Below are positions 27,701-34,176 of a stretch of DNA of 64,000 bases, one piece after another. Positions within the stretch are counted from its first letter, which is position 1, and every line of letters begins with the position of its first letter. The DNA lies in assembly GCA_902560445.1 (NCBI GenBank), contig CACELO010000004.1, positions 9,170-73,169 on the forward strand, given 5' to 3'. The notes below the pieces were generated by a model, which was given only the letters and a program-made list of their open reading frames with translations, did not search any database and was not told the DNA's origin. This DNA is from an uncultured Candidatus Poseidoniales archaeon. Lineage in GTDB: Archaea > Thermoplasmatota > Poseidoniia > Poseidoniales > Thalassarchaeaceae. Position numbers and translations under genes: made by a program.

Positions 27701-28706
27701 AACAAATCCAACAGATTTGATGGACTGGTGGGATATTGCTCTAGAAATGGAGCATGAATTGTATGGCTACTTACCGTGGCCAAGAGTTGAGCGAGCCGTC
27801 TTTGATGCTCAGATATCAGCAGGTTGGATGCATTCTGGATATCCATTCATGGCTCATGATTTGAGCGTGGCAGGAGTAGTCAATGTGTCCTATATGTCAG
27901 AGAATGGAGATTGGGGGATGTTCCACGAATTAGGACACAACCATCAATGGATGCCTTCCACGCTTCCGGGAACAACAGAAACTGGATGCAATTTTGCTAG
28001 TGTCTATCTGATGGAAGATTTAGTTGGAATAGATGGTCACAACGCAGTTGACCCAGCTCAAAGAGCAAATCGTATGAGGGGCTATTTTGATGATGGTTCA
28101 AATATAGCCAATTGGTCTGTTTGGACTGCCTTAGATACCTATTTGATAATCAAAGAAGAGTGGGGTTGGGACCCGATAACTCAAGCTTTAACTGTATATT
28201 ACACACTACCTGCGGCAGAGGTTCCAACAACTGGTGATGAGGAATTCAATGCCTGGGTTTTGCATCTTTCAAACACAACAGGGTACAATTTAGCTCCTTA
28301 TCATGCCGCGTGGGGGTTCCCACTTATACAGAATACACACGATTCGCTTACCCATTTCCCAATATGGGTAGATGATCCGTTACGAGGCGAATATTTCACC
28401 TATCAAGCGATACTTCGAAACTTGGGCGTAAATAGTACCACATCCAGTAGTTCAACATTTAATTGGGAAACTTACGATAATGGAACGAATACCTCGCTAA
28501 CAATTTACTACGGGCCAATGGATATGGGTAACCAATCTTGGGTTTGGGCCAATAGTGCACCCTTAGGTGACTCAGAAGTTGGTTGGTCAGATTACGAAAT
28601 TACAGGGCTATCTAGTAATTCGACTTACTACGCCAGAGTCAAGGCTTCGAATGAAATTGGAGACACATGGTTCGGTCCTGTTAATTGGACTACATCCAGT
28701 AATTGA
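24705..28706 (+). CDS. Secreted or lipobox-anchored M60/enhancin-like zinc metallopeptidase with five putative-Ig (He_PIG/dystroglycan-cadherin-like) repeats and a C-terminal FN3-like domain
   Basis: HEXXH motif MFHELGHNHQW (HELGH at 27924-27938), as in M60-like peptidases. N-terminus MRTKAATSVLLTMLMLSSGCLG (lipobox-like). Five approximately 65-aa repeats of the type W.I.P.LP.GL.....G.I.GTP. C-terminus YYARVKASNEIGDTWFGPVNWTT. The ORF track start is GTG 24693. Confidence 0.8.
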   Translation: MRTKAATSVLLTMLMLSSGCLGLFGDSSVEPETIDCEVQPNHPDCIEEQITQDDCRTDQIFTGSECRQMQKPENLSYGLSMVSLTIGEAMQSLTPSFIGDGPQFWIVNPSLPLGIIFDRYSGVISGTPEEVSESIRYTIVGSNAVGSTNAWIDLEVIVNSPTAINYLEQTLACELGKSCGIPSPILEGGAPDDWSVYPQLPNGISLFPDGSISGTSNQLGDSNYTISAANMAGSIETTIRIIVLHEAPMGLGYGSNNLQLSIGDVVQVIPSTTGGEIVSWSVEPPFPEGLNLMQIDGSIRGSPTEVQSLTMHRITASNSGGSISVDVLISVADMPVSNLLYNPWEHDLTIGEQISITPSYSGGTPDSWQISPSLPSGFQFNSANGTIYGVASEVQSSWESWIIWANNTGGSTSTFFKIKVTSMAPDLISWENNEYILESNQSVFIQANNNGPEIESWEIEPQLPDGLTLLDNGSIFGTPTHNSNWIEYTIWANNSGGSVGLNLWIVVHDLRADQEELLRGMGQTNWGGWPSPILPIGEWSFPVGFAEGGYTDSIPVISASHVGRGKMLGYGHESWVDGAGIEETEFSLRAVEWVCGENANVGLAYGAGFEDFEDELQAEGHTVHLSVTPADLTGIDCLLDEFWNGHDDQDNLNLINFMLAGGGLIMGGHAWYWSYSNSDVAHNYPGNKIAKTTGLFVSQAWGDNSVNLTETPHPLARPQSAIQAIYDDRINNQKLSINDASIADSTLSVCTGVVSLDFHDFWSPLRDTVNATGWTVIQYGTLWQNVGHNMGDDPVADTLLRVEAALTQGLPANELLAHPSHVEFPGEVPANATRVTTTVSVDGNQSGLPSNFGYAGARAHVRMSTGLYAAPGDVVTVTLPSKIVDSGSYVLVGAHSDKLWSKSQLHRHPEIVRWWYVDDVSMEVGNAFGGPIYIAIDPGSTLGDFQVNFTNVVEAPMFVLGETSDFEWIYSESDNPAPWAELVSDNFIMTVPSNEIRDLTNPTDLMDWWDIALEMEHELYGYLPWPRVERAVFDAQISAGWMHSGYPFMAHDLSVAGVVNVSYMSENGDWGMFHELGHNHQWMPSTLPGTTETGCNFASVYLMEDLVGIDGHNAVDPAQRANRMRGYFDDGSNIANWSVWTALDTYLIIKEEWGWDPITQALTVYYTLPAAEVPTTGDEEFNAWVLHLSNTTGYNLAPYHAAWGFPLIQNTHDSLTHFPIWVDDPLRGEYFTYQAILRNLGVNSTTSSSSTFNWETYDNGTNTSLTIYYGPMDMGNQSWVWANSAPLGDSEVGWSDYEITGLSSNSTYYARVKASNEIGDTWFGPVNWTTSSN

Positions 28707-28709
28707 AAA

Positions 28710-29777
28710 TCAATTACTTACTCTTCTTAGTAACTCTTCGAGGCTTACTTTTGGACAGTAGCGCTGGTGTAAACTAGCAACGGGAATCCAGATGAGTGTA
28801 TGTGCAAATGTGACAATAAAAGCCTCGGGGATAGATAGAAGCGGTTTATCTATCATGTATTCTGCAGCAATCCCAAGAATCGCAAAGTGAAGGACATAGA
28901 TGGTCAAAGTCAGGCGCCCAGAAGCTTCTAACACACTCAAATCAATTAGTCCATTCTTGGAATTTCGTAGGAGTAATTCGTTTGCAATAAGAACGAACAT
29001 TGCAGTTATGAAAATGAAGAATGTTGTTGCCGGGAAGAATGTCAAAATCGCATCACCTTCGGTTAGTGCCCACATCTTTCCTGAAGTAAATGATAATCCT
29101 ATACTAATCAAAAATATAATTCCACCAATCGCCATGATGTTCTTTCTTGTTTCAAAATCATTTTCGGATTCTGCTATTATTGCGCCTAAAGTCGAAAACG
29201 CTAACCACGGGAAAACAGGGTATGTTCCATTGACTAAGAGCCGGTGACCCCATTCTCCAACCCCAGCAGAATCAACCCTTGAGGCCCAAGATAATTCAGA
29301 ACCATTGGATTCTCCCAGGAGTAGTGGCGTTAGCGCTAGTAACGAGAAACTTGCAATTAATTGCTTACTAGTAAATCGAGAAATTAGTGGGGCAAAAACA
29401 GCAGCAATTGCAATTAAGGTTAGAACACCTGGAGTGTGCCATTCGAATCTCCCACCTCGGTCAATGGCAAGTAGGAAATTGACAAGGAATTGACAAGCAG
29501 TTAGAATTACTACTCGTGGTAAAACCCAATTTATCCAAGCGGAGGAATTCAAGCCATCGGCAAATCTTTTCTTAGCCCCTCGATGCATTCCCCAACCTGA
29601 AACAGTAATGAATAGTGGAGCCGCCATGCCTCCAAATGCAGCAGCAACGAATGCAGCAGGATGGCCAACAGTGATTCCTTCCGGAGGTAAAATTGCTGCT
29701 GTGTGAACTTGGACCATGAAGAGAATTGCAACCGCTTTCATTTGGTCGATATAACCTAATCTCATGCACTCACCCAA
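28710..29777 (-). CDS. Polytopic membrane protein, acyltransferase-3 / DUF1624 (heparan-alpha-glucosaminide N-acetyltransferase-like) family, tentative
   Basis: 355-aa ORF with about 9-10 TM segments. The N-terminal LGYIDQMKAVAILFMVQVHTA resembles the family's opening motif. It overlaps the upstream gene's end by 8 nt. Confidence 0.45.
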   Translation of the reverse strand: MGECMRLGYIDQMKAVAILFMVQVHTAAILPPEGITVGHPAAFVAAAFGGMAAPLFITVSGWGMHRGAKKRFADGLNSSAWINWVLPRVVILTACQFLVNFLLAIDRGGRFEWHTPGVLTLIAIAAVFAPLISRFTSKQLIASFSLLALTPLLLGESNGSELSWASRVDSAGVGEWGHRLLVNGTYPVFPWLAFSTLGAIIAESENDFETRKNIMAIGGIIFLISIGLSFTSGKMWALTEGDAILTFFPATTFFIFITAMFVLIANELLLRNSKNGLIDLSVLEASGRLTLTIYVLHFAILGIAAEYMIDKPLLSIPEAFIVTFAHTLIWIPVASLHQRYCPKVSLEELLRRVSN

Positions 29778-31047
29778 TAATCTGAGAAATTCGAGATTCT
29801 ACCATTACCTGCTCTAGCGAGACCGAGAAAGCAGAGGATATTTTCTCCGACAAGCCATCGGGCAATTCTTCGCGATGAAAAATTACAACCAATGGATCAC
29901 CAATCTCCACTTCATCACCAACTTGGGCTTCTATAATCGCCCCGACAGCATGGTCTACGCTGTCACTTAGAGTTTTCCTACCCGAGCCTAATTCGAGACA
30001 GGCGAGTGCAATTGACATCGCATCAATGTCCTTAATCCATCCTTTTTTCTCAGTGTAAATCTCGGTTGAGAGTAAATCATCTCCAAGTAGACCGAGGGAA
30101 CTTAGCATTGCGTGGTCGCTTGCAAAGTCATTACGATTTCCTCCTTGAGCTTCGACCATATCTAGGAATTTTGTGAAAGCGCTACCATCATTCAAAGAAT
30201 TATGAATCATTAATGCACCTTCTTCCATGTTTTCCGCAATCCCCGATGCAGCCAATAAAATCCCTGCCTGAACACAAACCAGTTCTTCGATGTCATGCGG
30301 CCCACGACCACATAGAGTTTCAACAGATTCAACTATTTCGAGCGCATTTCCTACTGCGCAGCCTAATGGTTGGTCCATGGTTGAAAGAACCACAGAAGTA
30401 GCAATACCCATTCCATTCGCTGCATCTGCCATCGATTGGGATAGGGCTTCAGCTTGTTCTCTTTCGGTCATGAATGCCGCTCTGCCATATTTTACGTCTA
30501 GAACCAAAGCCGAAATTCCTTCAGCGGCTTTTTTCGATACGATTGATGAAGTGATTAGTGGAATAGACGCAACAGTACTTGTTACATCACGTAACGCGTA
30601 CATACGCCTATCGGCGGGGGTAAGTGAATCCGTTTGTCCAACCATTGCAAATCCAATTTCCCCAACTTGTTTTTGCAATTCATTTATCGATAGATCGACG
30701 CGAAAACCAGCTATACTTTCCAGTTTATCCAAAGTGCCTCCAGTGTGCCCTAACCCTCGTCCTGAAATCATCGGCACTTTGAGCCCACAAGCGGCTAGAG
30801 CGGGTGCTAAAATGATGGAGACCTTATCTCCAACCCCGCCCGTTGAGTGCTTATCAACAACGAGATGGCTCCAATCTTTGGGCCAAGCCAAGACCTTTCC
30901 TGAGTCTCTCATTGCTTTGGTAAGAAAGATTGTTGAGTTTTCATCGAGTCCGTTTTCAAATATATCCCTCAACCAATCGATGACCAGCTCATCACTAAGT
31001 GAACCATCCACGACTCCGTTTACAATATCGGCGATTGAATCGCTCAT
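29770..31047 (-). CDS. deoA: Thymidine / pyrimidine-nucleoside phosphorylase family protein
   Basis: 425-aa ORF. DKHSTGGVGDKVSIILAPALAACGLKVPMISGRGLGHTGGTLDKLESIAGF is the family signature. ATGA overlap with the upstream gene. Confidence 0.9.
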   Translation of the reverse strand: MSDSIADIVNGVVDGSLSDELVIDWLRDIFENGLDENSTIFLTKAMRDSGKVLAWPKDWSHLVVDKHSTGGVGDKVSIILAPALAACGLKVPMISGRGLGHTGGTLDKLESIAGFRVDLSINELQKQVGEIGFAMVGQTDSLTPADRRMYALRDVTSTVASIPLITSSIVSKKAAEGISALVLDVKYGRAAFMTEREQAEALSQSMADAANGMGIATSVVLSTMDQPLGCAVGNALEIVESVETLCGRGPHDIEELVCVQAGILLAASGIAENMEEGALMIHNSLNDGSAFTKFLDMVEAQGGNRNDFASDHAMLSSLGLLGDDLLSTEIYTEKKGWIKDIDAMSIALACLELGSGRKTLSDSVDHAVGAIIEAQVGDEVEIGDPLVVIFHREELPDGLSEKISSAFSVSLEQVMVESRISQIIG

Positions 31048-34000
31048 GCCTCATCCTCGCCGTATTCATCGCGTAATTCTTCGATACTCATTCCCTTGTC
31101 CATTAGGAATTGAACCTGATTCCGGTCAAGATTTTCGAAGCCAAAACCATCTAGAACAATCCGCCCATGTACCCCGTCATCTCTACCTTCACTCCACTCC
31201 CTCGTGTCTTCGGATTTATCATCGAATCGAGTACCCTTGAGAATAGCTTGTTCAGCATTAGTGTCATCGAATCGATAACCAGAATCATCGATAAGTCGAG
31301 AATCGGTTTTTGTCCCGGGTCTCCTTACCATTGTTAGTCCGGCAACAACTAAAGAAATCGCCGCAATTACTGTCAGCGTCAATAGAAATTTTGCCCCCGG
31401 AGTAGAAAGTGGGTCATCTCGAACATTGTCCTCTATCCACCCTCCATTTTCTCCATCATTGTTTTGTTCATCATTGGTATTGGTATTGTTTCCTTCACCA
31501 TTGTTATTATCGATGATTTCATCTTCATCGCACCCAAATTGTATACCATCAGGTATCCCGTTATCATCCACATCATTGGAATTCATGGCAACTACTGGAG
31601 ACCTTCCTAGTGATTGAGCGAATTCAGCTTCCTCGCCATCTAAAATACAGTCGTCATCCGTGTCATTGTCATTTGGATTTCCACCCCAAAGGTACTCATT
31701 CAGATTATTCAAACCATCTTCGTCTAAATCTAGTGACTGCTCGCTTAGAGCCGTTCCAAGTATTGCTGCAGAATGCCGATTCAAACCGTATTGAATCTCC
31801 CATATATCCGGTAGAAGATCTCCATCTGAATCTGTGGTTGTATCAAGACGAGACCAATCCTCCTCGAATGATTGCAAATACTCAGAGGTAAGTTCTTGTC
31901 CGTGAATTAATACTCCCATTTCTCTATTTCTTAATGCGGCGTTTGAACCCCAATTCATGCTTCCAACAAGAACGCTCTCGCCATCAATTATTGCACCCTT
32001 GTTATGGAGTTTGGTAATAGTGTCTGACCAAGCCATGAGTCGTGCTGTGACATCAAGACCTTGGGTTGCATTCCAATTTGTATTGAATAGGTTCACTGCA
32101 TCCCTAATTTCATCATCGCTATCGGCATAAAAGCCATTCAATAGTAAGCGGACTTGAACTCCCCTCTGAGCTGCTTCGTAGATTGCTTCGATAATTGGAT
32201 TATCACCGAATCCCCAATACCAATCTAAGTCTAAATATTGCAATGAAAGTTCAATGGCCGAATCCGCCGATTCAATCATTTCGATTATTCCATCTACACA
32301 ATCGTCTGGACATGTCATCAATTGCATTTCGAAAGGTCCAGAATATGACTGAGTAATAGGTTCTTGAAATGAGTCACCAGTGGGGTCTTCCATTTCCCAA
32401 TCGAAAGTTGGTGCATGATTGGCTGAGTGTGGTGATATGTGCAGGTGATTTTCATTTTCGTCCCATGATAGACGAGATAGAACCAACTCAGCAAATGAAT
32501 TTGAATTGACAATTACTGACCACTCTCGATTACCAACCCCATCTAAAGGTAGGCTTGTATCCTTCCAATTTCCTGAAGAAATCCATACACTTTCCGTATC
32601 CCTCACAGCAACTTTGCTGTGGATGTAAGAATATGGAGAACTAATCAAACTCGGGTCTTCCATCCAGAGAACGGTTGCTCCTGCATCATGGAGAGTTTGG
32701 GCGTGTCCTTTTTGTTTATTTTTGGTGCTACTTCCACCCAGTATACCTTCTTCTAGAAGAATTGTTACAGAAACACCTCGGTCAATTGATTCTATTAATG
32801 CGGTCGTCAGGTCTGGACTCATAAACTGGTAGACATGTAGATGAATCGATGTTTCTGCCCCCCCAATCCAATGCATCAAGTCATTGAACGAAGTATCTGG
32901 GCCGATTGAAGCTGATACAGTGGAGGATTCTTCTAAGGTGATTTTTCCTCCATCACAGAATGTAGAAGCTCCGATTCTAATCCATCTATATTCCCAATCT
33001 TCCCCTGTGTTTGTGTCTGGATTATCTCCACACCCAGATCCACGCATCAAAATCAACCCCGGGGTCCCATCCCCTGGTACTGAAATAGCGCCGCCATTCC
33101 AACCCTCGATTTCAGCATCACCGCCTCCATATACAACCGCATCAACCACAGTTCCATTTGGAGATTTTAGTTGGAGAGCGCTTCCTGAATCGACAAGCCA
33201 AGGCATATTGTTCATCACAACATTCCCATCAATGGCAGAAATGCCTCCATCTAAAAATAGGTTGTCTGGATTTTCGGTTAGAACAATCGACCCTCCTGCA
33301 GGTATCACTAGTTCGTTGAATGTTGATATCCAGGGTGTTGTGGACCTGATGCGTTCTATGGTCCAGCCAGTTAAATTTGCAACCTCATTACCCAAATTAC
33401 TCAATTCAAACCAATCGTTATCCCTGTTAGGCACTTCACCCGGCATAAGACGAGTGAACTTGACATCATATTTTCCATTCCATTCTGAAGGTTGTAAATC
33501 AGTAGGCGTTTCTGGATTATTTTCGTCATCCGAACCTCCGATATTTTGGTTTCCTGGGGTTGATTGTTCTGAGTCAATCCACTCCGCGCTTCCGTTAGAT
33601 GGTATTTTGGAAATTCCATTTGACGCCTGCCCTGTGGTTACTTCATCAACTACACCACCTTGTTCATCTGCCAGGAAAATAGTCTCTCCAGCGTTGTTTA
33701 TTCTTAGAGTTCCAATTTCATTTTCAGCAATAACTGCGTATGCTCCTGCTTCGATGTGATAAGGCGTATTTAAATCACTAAATCCTACCCAACTAGTTTC
33801 ATTGATTGGATGTGTCCATCCGCCAATATCGACAATTGTCCATCCCTCTAGATTTACAGAACTAGAGCCGGTATTGAGAAGTTCAACCCATTCACCTTGA
33901 GGAAAGATTCCTTGATCAGATCCATCTGCATTCGGCATTAGTTCGTTAATACAAACTACGCATGAGGAATTTTTTATCGCCTCTCGATTTTCTTTAGAAT

Positions 34001-34091
34001 CATCGACTTGTAGAATTTGAGAGGGACCTAGTAGACTCAGTGTCAATACTGCAATGATGACTACTGCTAGCCTTCCTGGCCCCCTTTCCAT
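31044..34091 (-). CDS. Membrane-anchored extracellular protein: 2 lamin-tail domains + 2 HKD (phospholipase D / Nuc-like) domains + TSP3-like segment + TM + 93-aa cytoplasmic tail
   Basis: 1015-aa ORF. LTD motifs VCINELMPNADG...EWVELLNTGSSSVNLEGWTIVD and VKFTRLMPG...DWFELSNLGNEVANLTGWTIE. HKD1 is IHSKVAVRD...SSGNW (32598-32621). HKD2 is LHNKGAIIDGESVLVGSMNWG. TM FLLTLTVIAAISLVVAGLTMV. Confidence 0.8.
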   Translation of the reverse strand: MERGPGRLAVVIIAVLTLSLLGPSQILQVDDSKENREAIKNSSCVVCINELMPNADGSDQGIFPQGEWVELLNTGSSSVNLEGWTIVDIGGWTHPINETSWVGFSDLNTPYHIEAGAYAVIAENEIGTLRINNAGETIFLADEQGGVVDEVTTGQASNGISKIPSNGSAEWIDSEQSTPGNQNIGGSDDENNPETPTDLQPSEWNGKYDVKFTRLMPGEVPNRDNDWFELSNLGNEVANLTGWTIERIRSTTPWISTFNELVIPAGGSIVLTENPDNLFLDGGISAIDGNVVMNNMPWLVDSGSALQLKSPNGTVVDAVVYGGGDAEIEGWNGGAISVPGDGTPGLILMRGSGCGDNPDTNTGEDWEYRWIRIGASTFCDGGKITLEESSTVSASIGPDTSFNDLMHWIGGAETSIHLHVYQFMSPDLTTALIESIDRGVSVTILLEEGILGGSSTKNKQKGHAQTLHDAGATVLWMEDPSLISSPYSYIHSKVAVRDTESVWISSGNWKDTSLPLDGVGNREWSVIVNSNSFAELVLSRLSWDENENHLHISPHSANHAPTFDWEMEDPTGDSFQEPITQSYSGPFEMQLMTCPDDCVDGIIEMIESADSAIELSLQYLDLDWYWGFGDNPIIEAIYEAAQRGVQVRLLLNGFYADSDDEIRDAVNLFNTNWNATQGLDVTARLMAWSDTITKLHNKGAIIDGESVLVGSMNWGSNAALRNREMGVLIHGQELTSEYLQSFEEDWSRLDTTTDSDGDLLPDIWEIQYGLNRHSAAILGTALSEQSLDLDEDGLNNLNEYLWGGNPNDNDTDDDCILDGEEAEFAQSLGRSPVVAMNSNDVDDNGIPDGIQFGCDEDEIIDNNNGEGNNTNTNDEQNNDGENGGWIEDNVRDDPLSTPGAKFLLTLTVIAAISLVVAGLTMVRRPGTKTDSRLIDDSGYRFDDTNAEQAILKGTRFDDKSEDTREWSEGRDDGVHGRIVLDGFGFENLDRNQVQFLMDKGMSIEELRDEYGEDEA

Positions 34092-34143
34092 TAGACTTAC
34101 GTCCAGTGTTCAGCGGTTGAACCCTTCGCGCAAGTGCGCCCGC

Positions 34144-34160
34144 GGCTGGCTTTGCCAGCC
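34144..34160 (-). terminator. Hairpin GGCTGGC-TTT-GCCAGCC downstream of the 34177-36963 gene
   Basis: Perfect 7-bp stem. A third copy of GGCTGGC at 34169-34175 could pair alternatively with the GCCAGCC arm. Confidence 0.35.
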
Positions 34161-34176
34161 GTAGTATAGGCTGGCC

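Noticed and set aside
29770-31047. Possibility that this is archaeal AMP phosphorylase of the AMP-RuBisCO pathway.
   Set aside because: At 425 aa it lacks the N-terminal extension typical of AMP phosphorylases, as I recall it. No RuBisCO or R15P isomerase gene is nearby. I kept the generic thymidine/pyrimidine-nucleoside phosphorylase family call.
30290-31240. 316-aa plus-strand ORF antisense to the thymidine phosphorylase gene. Similar cases are 32884-33759 opposite the LTD-PLD gene, 5097-5762 opposite ppsA and 2405-3058 opposite the LVIVD gene.
   Set aside because: The opposite strands carry unmistakable family signatures. These ORFs show no recognisable motifs and have Ser/Pro-rich composition typical of antisense frames.
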